A stretch of 61,652 bases of DNA, filler included, from Sluysia triapertura (lineage: Eukaryota): the NCBI GenBank assembly GCA_046118255.1. It is 4 parts of 4 records of this genome, joined end to end, with 100 filler letters (N's around TTAATTAATTAA, not from the genome) between each part and the next. Parts side by side here need not be neighbours in the genome. Positions count along the whole stretch, not along the records: positions 1 to 14,898 come from JBJNIA010244986.1; 3 more parts are not named here. One strand, given 5' to 3'. The notes beneath the pieces were generated by a model. It ran no database searches. It worked only from the letters and a program-made list of their open reading frames with translations, and had not been told where the DNA came from. Numbering within the stretch: position 1 is the first letter of the stretch; the number at the start of each line of letters is the position of its first letter. Shown in pieces: positions 1 to 12,009 of this stretch. Made by a program: the position numbers and the translations under genes.

Positions 1-68
<68 letters not shown>

Positions 69-86
69 TGTAATAATAGTAATAAT
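1..86. repeat. (AAT)n microsatellite
   Basis: Direct reading: tandem ATA/AAT units, degenerate after about position 67. Confidence 0.95.
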
Positions 87-172
87 ATACTGTATTGAAG
101 CTTTATGGAAAATACATTAAATTTTAGGAAAACTCAAAAAATCTTTAGAAATTTAATAGTAAAATTTCTAAC

Positions 173-1183
173 GCTTTTGAAATGGATTTAAGTGCAGCTT
201 TTCTCTCCCGATGAAGAAACCAATTCAGAATATTTCTACACAATTTCGGAGGGCATTTTGTTTCGACAGAATCTGAATTTGGACACGCCAGTCTGAAAAA
301 GCGGTAATAATCATTTACAGACCAGGCCTTGCGAAGTCGAACTGCGAAGTCTAAACATGAATCTTGATAAGGAGGTGGCGGTAAACTGGCTAGAGTAGTA
401 TTAATATTCAGGAAATCTCGGGTAAACATGTAATACAGGATTCTGTATGCAGTAAATTCAAGATGATCTTCACATTCGATTCCTTCTTCGTATAATAGCT
501 TGATCTGACTTTGACATTGATTAAATTCCTCGTGATCACCAGCTTCCAATGCAATCGTGGCATGCACCTTATACACACGCAATGTGAACTCATCTCGCAC
601 ACACTGCACGGTGAGATCCTGTCGAATACTCTTCATCTGTTCGCACACATGTCGATAATCTAGATGCTGATCATACCACAAACTCATACAATGAACTAAA
701 GCTTTCTGAAGAACCAATGGTGGTCGCACTTCACTGGGTTGAGGAGCTCGAGTAAGTCTAAGATATCTTTTTTCCAATTGTTGGCATGTTCCAACGATAG
801 GACCAGATTGAGTTTCGTCAGCAACGACAGTGTTGACTGTTCCTACCCGGTCTATGCTCCAAGTTTCATCAGTATATCCGATATCTCTTGCCGATTCCAC
901 GTTCGCGCTCACGTTGTCATTTGAATCTACAGGAGCCTCCACAAACTGTCCCGAAGAATTCAAGTGCTCTTTAAATCGAGACGCTCTGTGAGCTAATTTC
1001 TCTGAACTTACTAAACATTGCTCCAGTTGAAATTTCTTTTTCCCTTTTTGTTTCTTTTTACTTATATTTTTGTTGGTAACAGTTATTTGAATTCCAGTAT
1101 CTTGGTTATTGTTATTATTACTCTCATTGTGGTTTTGATTTTCCGTTTGCTTGAGCTTCATCAATCGGCCGCCTTTTCCGATT
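173..1183 (-). CDS. LENG8: LENG8 exon 7 (SAC3/GANP domain)
   Basis: Acceptor TTAG ending at 1184, donor GC|GTTAGA at 172; SAC3/GANP motifs in ORF 145..1224. Confidence 0.93.
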
Positions 1184-4100
1184 CTAAGATAATGACTCGT
1201 TTCAAATTCAAATTTAAAAAACATTAACTACTTCATAATAAGGATTTGAAAATACATTTGAATGTTATTTTATTGTAAATTTCAGTAAGAAAGTTTTATT
1301 TAAAATTATTTACTGAGAAATAATTTGATAGAGAAATTTTGTTAGAAAAATCATTTGGTCTTAATCGATTTTATTTTAATAAAGATTTTTCATAAAGAAC
1401 AATAGATGTCAGAAATGAATTGAATTGAATTATATTATCAGATATTGAAATAAATTTAGAAAATTTTAGAAAATCTGACTTACACAAAATCACTGCAACT
1501 GTAAATTATATCAAATTTGAAAATTGAAAACCGATTTTAAAAAGTATGGATTTTGTGAGCGGAAAATCACCAGATCAAGTACTAATTTAAAAGATTACTA
1601 TACATTTCGATAACGCTTTTGGGATGACTAATACTAATATTGTAAAGAACAAAAACCAACCTGTTATCAATCGAATAAGGATTTGAGTTTTGTTGATCTT
1701 GATCGGCAGAAATCAAACGAAACTTTTTATTCTTCGAATGAAACTGCCGCTTATTAAAGTTGGAAGTGGAAGATGGCGACGAGGAACCACGACTTCTCTT
1801 ACGAATATTCTCGTTTGAATCACGCTTAGACCGATAATTGTCATAATCCTCGGCAATTGCGATCACATCATCGCCCGAAGATTCAGAATTCGACTTGTAG
1901 CGAATCCAAGATGATTTTGATTTATGACTAGAAGAGCTACGACGATTTCGACAGTGTCGAGAAATTGATCGAGTAGATCTACGCGACCTAGATTTAGATG
2001 ATCGAGACGATCGAGACCTCGACGATCTCGGCGATGATCTTGATCGCGAATCAGAACCAGATCTGGATTTTGTTCTATTTCTTTTATTACTTCGGTTAAA
2101 TCCGGTACTATATCTGGCTCCTCTACCTCGTCCGCGTGTACCACGTGCTAAATTACCACGAGTTGAGTGTGTCATGACTGGGGATCGAGACTTGGAACTA
2201 ACTGATGACTTAGAACAACTGACACGAGCCTTACTACGAGTACTATTACTACTGAAATTAGATGCATTAACAAAATGGGAGGCTGTATTGGAAGTGTTGC
2301 CTCTTTGGGAATAGAAATGGGCATTAGAAATATTATAATTAGTGGTGACAGAATGGGTAGGTAAGTTGTTATGTCTGGAAATAGATGTGGCTGTGGCCGA
2401 CAGTGGTGTTCTTCCATAATTAGGCGGCAGGTAATTAGAGGCCACTTGCAACCTAACAAATATCCCTTGTTAATTATCTAATTTGAACACATATCGGTTA
2501 ATGATTCAGAATAATGTTTTATAGAAAAATAATAGATTTATTATAAATTTAATAAAATATAGTTCGAATATTATGAAAAATTTCGCACCATCAACACTGC
2601 ATCAAAGTTTCGCATCTTTGAAATAAGATTAAATTTTCTACTACACTAGAACTCCAAAAACTGGAACATCCTGAAACGGGAACAACTTTCTATAACTGGA
2701 ACACACTTGTAGCTTTTATTTTTACTATAATTTTAGAACAGATAATTGTGTTTTGTTTAAATATTATTAACCACCATATTTTATTCATTTTTGTGATTAT
2801 TTCTTTTACTTTACAGATTTTGTTTGACACAGTATTTTAGTATCTAACTTAATACTTTGCATACCCATATAATGGGGCATCGAAATCAAAACGAAATCAA
2901 ATCAATTTAACACTAAGCGATAAATTTTAGAAAAAGTAGATGACACTGACAATAATATATTAGATGAATACACAAAATTTCAGAACTACTCTTTTCAACT
3001 TAAGAAAACAGAAACATGAGATATGCAAGCCACATCATCATCGTCAAATAAAATGAAATGATGTGAAAGGAAAATTATTAGCAACTTGAAAGGAGCTCAA
3101 CTTGTATAAATGATTCGTGTCGAAGAGGGTCTAACTATATCAGGTCCAATACCAGCAAATCTTTTATTTTAACTAAAACTAACTTCTTCCTGAAACTTGA
3201 ACATTGAACATGTTCCAGTTTGGGGAGTTCTAGTGTAAACGATTTGGAAGTTCTTCGAGGTACGCGGTTTTTAATTGGAATCTTTTAAGGAAACAGACCT
3301 AAGATGATTAACACCTGAAATTGATGTAATATTCTTTTCGAGGAAATGAAACTATACATATGCTAAATTTGCTATTTAAGATAGTAATGCGAAAATGTTT
3401 GAAGAATATTCGACAGAACATTATTGGATTCGAAGACCATTATTTATGAAAAGTAAACTATTTTTGTTACCATTTATTTACTTATCTAAGTTCATATAGA
3501 CCTTAAAATAATATCACACAAAATAAAATTTTGATCTGGTGATATTCTCTTGAACCACTACACAAAATGCAATCTTAAAATATGTTTTGTTTAGTTACAT
3601 GATTATATACCTTCGGCTATTTCAAATATTGAGAAAATATAAGTTAAGACTTAGAGCTCAAATTACGTTTGTAATTATTTAGATATTTTAAATTAATTTA
3701 ATAAAAACATTTTGTTAAATAAAACACATGACTCGAATTACTTCAACCGTTATTATTTGAAAATTAACATTAAGCATCGTAGTTCGAAGGGTCCCATTTT
3801 ATATACATGAGGTTTCATTTGTTGTTTCACTTAGGCCTTATTTATTGCTATCGACATAATTGTTAATGCAAATTATCAAATTTATGCTAAAAATGATTTC
3901 ATTGCTGTTGCGGAAACTTTAAGTTACCGAGTGTACAGAGAAAAGTAGTACTTCTGATCATTTAAAAACTAGAAGTACAAATAGCCGGTGACTGAGTACT
4001 TTAGAAAATCGGACTAAACTCATCATTTACTCCAACCCAATAATTGTTATGCTGTGAGTAATAATGTAATGTTTGATAATAAATTTAATAACGAAAAAAC

Positions 4101-7100
4101 TAACCCAAATCTTGTGGGACCAGACTGTGATGTTGGACCTTCAACGAGAGAATCCGATGTCAAGTCAATAGTAGTAGTTGTAGAAGTGGTGGTAGTATTA
4201 GTGCTGTGGTCCGACATGATCGGTAGTGGCTCGTTATCCCAATCAATTTCATGTACTTTATCTTTACTATAAACTTGTTCTAATTTTGATTTTAACAACG
4301 TTTGCATTTGATCCTTATATTCATCCTTCACGCTATTAAAGGCCCTCTGTACATACTTTCTAAATTAAATCAATAAAAACAAATAGAAAATGGATATATC
4401 ATAATAAAACATCCGTGACACCTCCCTATGTGACTACAACTACTAGTTCATTTGTCCGAGCTCTGCAAAAAGTACAAATTTATCATCATTGAATAAAACT
4501 AAAATAGATGAATATAGGAACTCCAACAAAAAGCTTCAATAACCTCCCTAAATCTTTGTACTTTTTCGCGTTGGTGCCCTTAGAATTCCTGATTTGAATC
4601 GTGCTTGATTCGAAAACCCGCTACTCAAAGTAGAAACTTTGATTCCCAGGTCTAATATGATTATAATAACCATATCCGATCAGTTTATCATCCTATTCTC
4701 CTAATGCCAGCTTTGTGGAATACAGTTCACGATTGATGGATATTATTCAGAGTTTCCTCAATTCTGGATATCACTTTTTTGTCGAGCGTATGCTTCTCAA
4801 TAATTAATGTATTATATCCGTCGTACCTTATATGTTTCAGTATTACTTAATTGATCAAGCACATTTTACAATCCACATTTATAATTTGTATGATTGCTTA
4901 ACCCTTTTGAAATTTTGCGACCGCTGTGCGTATATATTTCAGTGGTTTCGAGTTTATTTGTGCTGAGCTCATAAATTTCCTTATGCAATATATGGCATAA
5001 ATAGTCGTGGTTGAGCAGGAAACCATTTTAAAATACTCGCTTGGAGCGTATGAGACATTAGTTTTACGAATATATAAGTGTATAGCAGCGAATGGGTTAA
5101 TTTTCACTGGCTCTGAACTCAAAATATTTCTATTTTTTAGCAACGGGTCGTGGAATTCAGCACATTAATATCGGGGTTTGTAAGGACTAGAACAAAAAAC
5201 AAGTACAAAATATAGACATGGTTTTTTTCGCTCTTTTATACTAAGATGCAGTTCTTATATCCATCTACTAACTAACGACTGTTTTGGTATTTTTGATATA
5301 TTATAGTAAATAAATTATAACTAAGAAAATGAAATATGCTTATTAAGAGTCTTGAGACCACCGAATTACCTAAACATTGAGTTTAACAGCAGAAAATGCC
5401 CAGTTTTGTGAAGCATTTGGATAAAAGACATAACTCAAATACAATATTGACCGAATATTTTACACATTCGTTGAAACAATTTTTAGTAACCAAAATAACT
5501 ATAACTACAAGCAAATCAAGCAGAAAATAAATGATTGCTATTAGAAATATACTAAATTATCTTTGAAATTAATGGATTCATTAAAACATTGTTAGACAAA
5601 AGTTTACATCGATGGTCTCAGATCGTATCCGAAGTAAGTTTTAGTGGAATTAAATTTTAACGAGTTCCATGAAAAATAGATAATTTAAATTCAAGCATAA
5701 TAAAAGTTCTAAATTGTAAGGCACATCAAAGTGATAATACTTGAGAGTTTCGGGCCATATTTCTGTGCTAGATTTGGATGACGATTGGGAGGATGATACT
5801 TGTGATGATTGTGACTGAGATGAAGCAGTCCCAGACCCAGTACCTTTGTAAGGTCCTATGTTTGATCCTGACACGGACTTGGATCCTGTAGTACTGGCAA
5901 CATTTGCTGGCTGAAATCTAGATTTGCGCGGAGGTTTCAGATTTTTGCTGGGTGATATGGCAGCGGGTACATTAGGTGTTACTGTGCTTGATGCGTTATT
6001 AACAGTAGCTGTGTTTGAGTAATTAGGTGCTGTTTGACGTGGTTCTGTAAAATTCATCAAAATTAAAAATTAATACTAGTTTTGCCACAGTAATGCTTAA
6101 AAGATATTTCTACTTTTCTCAAGTATCTTCCAATAAAAAATCAAAAAATTGCAAAATAAAGTTACCATATACATCTAATGTAGCAATAGAGGGTCTAGCT
6201 TTTCAGCTGGCATGTTAGCTTTTGCAAATCCATCTAGTTATTCTGATTACAAACAGATTCATCTGACCGGCGTTCATCATAGAAATATCAATGTTAGTTA
6301 ACTCGGAAATTCGTAACTGGGATGATATGAATATGCATATAAAGATTTTGGAAAGCTCGGGAATTATTGATTTAACTAAACTTATGTATATTTAGGAGTG
6401 ATAAGAGGTTGATGTTGGCTCCGTAAAATAAGAATTAATATAATGAAACAAGCAAAATCTTAATAGAATCATGTAAAAATGACAAATATTAATTTATATA
6501 AGCTTAGATTTTAATTTGTGCATTTGATGAGAAATTTAATGTGCATAGGAGAAAAGGTTTTATATTTTCACATTCTTACGCTATTTGTTCAAATGTAAAC
6601 CACAATAATCTTAATGTGAAAACCCAATAACTGGAAATAAAGTTGAATAACGATAATTATTGTCTATTTCAATGTTATATAACGTATATCATCTTGTTAT
6701 CTTATATCATATTTTAGCAATAAAATAGTAAACATGTCAAACTTTATGGCACACTATTCTAAACAGGAAGTAAAAACTCTATCATGTCTATTATCGTATG
6801 AGAAATACAAAAAACCTTTTAAAACTAGTAATAAAACTACAAAGAATAACTTGCTATGATCCTAAATACATTGACTTGTCATATTAAAGTTATTAACACA
6901 ACTTGTTAAATTTTGATAAATTCCAAAAATTGATTTCCAAGTTTTATATTTCTTGTAAGTTTTATATTTTACATAATATAAGATAAATTCCAAGTCTTAT
7001 ATTTCTTGTACAATTGATTATTCCGTTTGTTATTGCTCCTAAAAATCATGTGAATGTTTCAACAGGCCCTAAGCTTGCAGTGAATTTTAATCGAAAAATT

Positions 7101-10100
7101 ATTTCTAATCCCCAATAAATTAAATGTAATCCTAATTTTGACATCCAAATTCGTCATTGATGAAAAAGTTTCGAACTCTTCATTGTATTATTTAGAAATT
7201 GATATATTTCCTTAGTTGAAGTCTTTCAAATGGATATAAATTTTCATTCTTTAGATTTAAATTCATCTGACAGAGTGCATATATGTAGAAATAGTGCTGC
7301 TTAGAAAATCATAGGACTAGTCAGAGTCAAAATATCATTGAAAATGTAGAAAAATTGACAAACAAATCCTGAAAGTAATAAAATTTCAGAAAATGGCACA
7401 AGCATGGATATTAATGAAAAAGCTGATATCCAATATGAAAAACAATGTGTTAACATTATAATCCTAGCAGAATGGTTATTAGAAATCCCTGAAAATTTTA
7501 AGGAGCGACTATGCTTTAAAGTTATGCCCAATTGGATCTAACGATTTCGTTATATTTAAAAGAGATTGGATTTTAACTGTATATAATGCAGGAAATATAA
7601 ATATAAATACAAGTAATATTGAATGCTAAAGAAGAATTTCTAGATAAAATTTAACCCGATCTATAAATACAAATTCTTATGGCAAATGTGAAGATTATTA
7701 CCATTGTGGAATTTGTATAACAAATGATCGAATTTATGATTTCGTTCAATATTGTAAAAATAATCAAGAATATAAATTGTCCAATAATCCTAATGTAATG
7801 GAATATGATTTCAAACTTTTATTGCTGCACTTGTGGTTGCAACATCGACAATGCTGAAACTGAGTGGTTTATCTATGTTCGGATCCAAGTTCATTCAAAA
7901 GAATTTTAAAAGCCTCAATAAAGACTCAGTTCTATGTGATTTAATTACAGTTCCTACTACCATTCTGGAACCATAATTGAAGGTTTATTAATGAATCGAT
8001 TCAAATGAAATGTACATTTATTTTTATTATCCCTTATTGTTTCTCATTCCTATTCATTTGCTCTAGTGATATTTCTCACGGAATAAACACCAAATATTTA
8101 CCTTCGGATTCGTCAATCAAATTACTCAATCTATTTCCCATTGAATCATGTTTTATGTCTTCCCATTGTTATCAAGGTTATTTTAATTTTTAAATCATTT
8201 CAAAATGACTCATTCACTCGTGTACTTGATAATGCTATGTGTAGGGTAAATCATGAAAAGTTCTTTTAAGGTAAATTATTTTATGTTACAATTATTATTA
8301 GATTATCGTGATTATATTTTTATTTTTTCTTTAAGAGTACCATTTAGCGCATGGACTATAACAATTTCAAATATTAATAAACATTTAATGTGTCTCTGAA
8401 AAAGTTTTTATTAAATCCATGAGTTATTTTAATCTTTTTGCATGTAAATATATTAAAAAGAATTAATAAAATAATGAATTTAATTCAAAAATATAAAATG
8501 ATTTTGAGTAATGTCATGAATAATTTTAAACATGTTTAAAACTTCCAAAATTCGTTTTGTTAAAGACCTTAAGCCGAAATTAAATTGCCTAAAATTACAT
8601 AAGTTATTAAATTTCACGAAAAAATTATATAAAATTAATTATTCATTGAAAATAATTTTCAATTCGAATTACAAAAATCTAAAATTCATAAAACCCACGA
8701 CAAAATGAACCTTAAAGACGATAGAGGATTATCGCTTCCATTAGTGAACATAATGAATGAAAGGTTTAACGAAGACCCGTTAGCCGTCAATTTGGGTACA
8801 AATATCAAACAAATAGCATAAATGATTGAAACAAGTTAATAACAAACGCAATAGTATTAATACAAAATATTTATAGTATTAAATTTTTAATAGCCCGTTT
8901 AAACTTAAGGTTTTTTGTGTTTGAAAAGTTGAAAAAAGGTTTTCAGTCACATCACTAAACACTGCTCTAATCAGTCTGTTATTCAATTAAAACATCTCAA
9001 AATTTAACCACAAGCATTTGCACACAAATACATTTTAAACTTAAAAATAAAGTTTGTAAAACCTCATTTCGATAATATCGCAAGCATTCTCGACTAATAG
9101 ATATAGATATTCTTGAGTAATGTCCTGAAGGAAGTCAAAGCGTTAAAACTCAAAATACACTCCTAAAACTCGGAATATGGTTTTTAGAATTTCCACATTT
9201 GATAAAGAATGCACAGATGGCAGATCAGATCTTGGGAAATCAATTAAAAATGAAAACGTGTAAGTTATAAAAACAATTATTTATCACGATAAATAAACTA
9301 TGTTCGAAATAGTCAAATAAACGATGAATATTAATGAAAAGATTTATGCAAAAAATTTATATAAACGTAAAAGTACAATTTCCGAATTTTGAAGAGTTCA
9401 GCAAACTTGCTTCTAAAAACCCTGAACTATTTATCATGTTTATGTCACTTGTCATACTTTATGACATGCATAGTTACAAGAATTGGGTAATTTAATAATT
9501 CATAGAATTCTTTTCCTATTTGAAATCCATTTATTCGTGCATGTTTAATATATTTTTTAAATTTTTTTCCAGTTTAACACATGCTAGAGCCAGTTTTGAC
9601 TATCTAATTGTGTAAATCGGTAAAAGTGCATTCAATTTTTGGTTATTTAAATTTTTGCTCATTTGTAACTTAAAATTACATTCCATAGAATTATTTGAGT
9701 TTTTAAGAGTTAAACAACTTAACAAATAGTGCGTTTTTCACATTAATTTATTCATGCATAACTTTTCCAATAACTTAATAAGTAAAAGTGTCGTCTTTGT
9801 GCCAATTAAAGTTCGTACCGCACTTTTCTTGCTTTATAGAATCAATAAATCTGGAGTTAACTGTGCAGTTTTATAAAAGAATTTGACCAAAAGTTAAAAA
9901 CCATAAAAACTAACGCATTATGCTGGAAACATTAGAAATAGGCGCTGCAATATAATTTGGCGGGTAATACATGGTAGAATAATACATGGAAGCTGGAGGA
10001 GGTACATTTAATGGTGGTGGCGGATATTGTGGATACAAATATGGATTAGTAGCATATTGTGGTGGCAGTTCTTGCGAAGACTGTACTGGAGCAGAAGCTG

Positions 10101-10735
10101 CACAATTGGGATTTACTGTTAAATTATTATCACTGGAGTTATTTTTATTTTCCAAATTAGAAGTATCACTTGCTTCGTTAGTTTCTTTAATTTTATTCTC
10201 CATAGATTCATTTCCATTCGTAGTGTCTTTCTTATTAGAATCTTTTTCATCAGAATCGGGAGGAGCTATAAAATTGATATTTTAAAATCACAAGTCTACA
10301 AATTATTTTTATGTAGCAAATTAAGTTATAAACTAAGGACACTAACGAGGAATAGGAGCTGCAGGAGGCGGTGCCGGTACTGCCTGATTATAATACTGGT
10401 AATATTGATTATAATAATTATAATAATTTGCATAATAATTGTAATATTGTTCTTGTGTCATTGTAGCTGTAACAGCTTGAGTGTCACTTTTATTTAAAGT
10501 GTTATCACCTTCGGAGCCTTCTTTAGCATCCGACTGTGCTTGCGTGTGAGTAAAATTTGTTTCCTGCGTAGTTTGTGATGGATAAAACGAATTTTGGTAA
10601 TAATTAGACGCAGTTTGGCATTTATAATATCCCTAGAATATAAAAATAACTTAAATTTATAATTACCAATTGTGCGTAATAGTTATAATCAATATGCTGT
10701 GCATTTTGATTTGGCTTAATTTGTTTTTTTGACAT
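173..10735 (-). CDS. LENG8: LENG8/THP3-like SAC3/GANP-domain protein, multi-exon, 3' end outside the window
   Basis: Seven GT-AG exons with matching phases: 10735-10667, 10632-10347, 10265-9915, 6044-5741, 4359-4105, 2452-1661, 1183-173. The spliced product has a Tyr/Gln/Pro-rich N-terminus, the LENG8 motif WPETLKKYVQRAF...IDWDNEPLP (spanning the exon 4/5 junction), an RS-rich region, and a SAC3/GANP domain (IVGTCQQLEKRYLRLTRAP, CEQMKSIRQDLTVQ, GDHEEFNQCQ, EFTAYRILY). Confidence 0.92.
1661..2452 (-). CDS. LENG8: LENG8 exon 6 (Ser/Arg-rich, RGG-like)
   Basis: Acceptor TTAG|G, donor AG|GTTGGT; phase 2 at both ends matches the neighbouring exons. Confidence 0.85.
2644..3235 (+). mobile_element. 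Internally deleted pogo/Tigger-type DNA transposon (MITE-like) in LENG8 intron 5
   Basis: 25-bp TIRs CACTAGAACTCCAAAAACTGGAACA / TGTTCCAGTTTGGGGAGTTCTAGTG (2 mismatches) with TA on both sides. The interior has CENP-B-like remnants (SKRNQINLTLSDK, GLTISGPI). Confidence 0.85.
4105..4359 (-). CDS. LENG8: LENG8 exon 5
   Basis: KYVQRAFNSVKDEYKDQMQTLLKSKL...IDWDNEPLP; TTTAG acceptor, GG|GTTAGT donor. Confidence 0.9.
5741..6044 (-). CDS. LENG8: LENG8 exon 4
   Basis: TTACAG acceptor; ends EIWPETL(K) with AA|GTATTA donor. Confidence 0.85.
7400..8000 (+). pseudogene. SNUPN: Decayed snurportin-1-like copy, antisense within LENG8 intron 3
   Basis: IILAEWLLEIPENF, then after a frameshift DYALKLCPIG, resembling the snurportin-1 cap-binding domain LMLSEWL.DVP...W....CP.G. 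Weaker later matches (LHLWLQ, IEGLL). Several stops and frameshifts. Confidence 0.55.
9915..10735 (-). CDS. LENG8: LENG8 exons 1-3 (introns of 34 and 81 nt)
   Basis: ATG at 10735; MSKKQIKPNQNAQHIDYNYYAQL|GYYKCQ...YYNQYYQYY...PPPAAPIP|PPPDSDE; the frame stays open across both splices. Confidence 0.8.
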
Positions 10736-12009
10736 CGGTTATATAAGATCAATTTAATATCAAAATTCGCGATAAACAAAAAAATATTAAAACAAAACTA
10801 AATATAAAAAAATCAAAACTTTTATTAAAAATTAATTTAACATTTTAAATATGAAACAAAACTAAAAGAATTTAAATATAGAAATTAGCTTAAAAACAAG
10901 TTGTATAACTTTAATAATAATGTTGTAAAACTTGGTGTTAATGAGAAATTTTGATGTAATATTTAGGTTATTTTCCTACGAAGAACAAAACGATGCAAAT
11001 GAAGGAAATGGAGAAGCAAAAATCTATGAAAAAAGAAAGAATTTATAAAGTCGCGTAATATCTTATTCTAACTATTAGAAAGAAAAAAGTGAACTTTCAT
11101 AAATAAGTCGTTTAAAATCAAAAAAAAAAATTATAAATTATTTAGTTAACAAAATTAAAATCATTTAAAAAATGATAATTTATGTCAAATGATTTTTTAA
11201 ATTTTTTATATCGCAAATGGAAAATGTATAAAATAATTATTAAATTAATTATTAAATAATTAGTAAATTAATAATTATTAAATTAGAAATCCAAAAGAAG
11301 AATATTTAAATGAATTTCAATTTGTTGGGGTTGTTGGAACATAAGTGATTGAAATGGATCAATATTTTATAAAATTTTACAAAGAATTTATAAATATATT
11401 AATTAATTTAATTAGAATTGTTTGAAAATCATTTGTAATCGATTCCTTTTCTTATAACATTTGCATGGAGGTGGGTATTACGCATAATGAAACACAATCA
11501 TGAAATGTAACAATGTTATGAACACCAAGACGGTGTAAAACACGTCAACATAGATAGCGTAAAATCATTATTTTTAATTAATTTTCTTTATTATAAAGTT
11601 AAATTTCTACGTATTATAATGAACATACATAATAAAAATATATATCAAATTAATGATCATTCTAAATATGTTATTGATATTGACGTGAGACATACCGTTA
11701 ACATGTTTCGTATTACATCAAAAGTTATTATTGAAAATTAGTTTTATAATTGATTAGATTTTTATTCAATTAAAGTTGTATTGATAAGTATTATAACTAT
11801 GTCTTAAATTTTATTTTTATTATGTCCAAAAGATAAGAGTTTGTTTTCCACAAAACTTATCATCTTTGGATAATTGCTAGATAATATTAAGATGGAAATT
11901 CGATGAAAATTTATGTTCAAATTTGATTAATAAAATTGATTAATAAAGTAGTAAGCATGTCTTGTCGACATGCAAAGTAATTAAGTCGAATTCCTGACTT
12001 TCTAGAAAC

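Noticed and set aside
408-10285. Short opposite-strand or alternate-frame ORFs over LENG8 exons
   Set aside because: Shadow ORFs of real exons.
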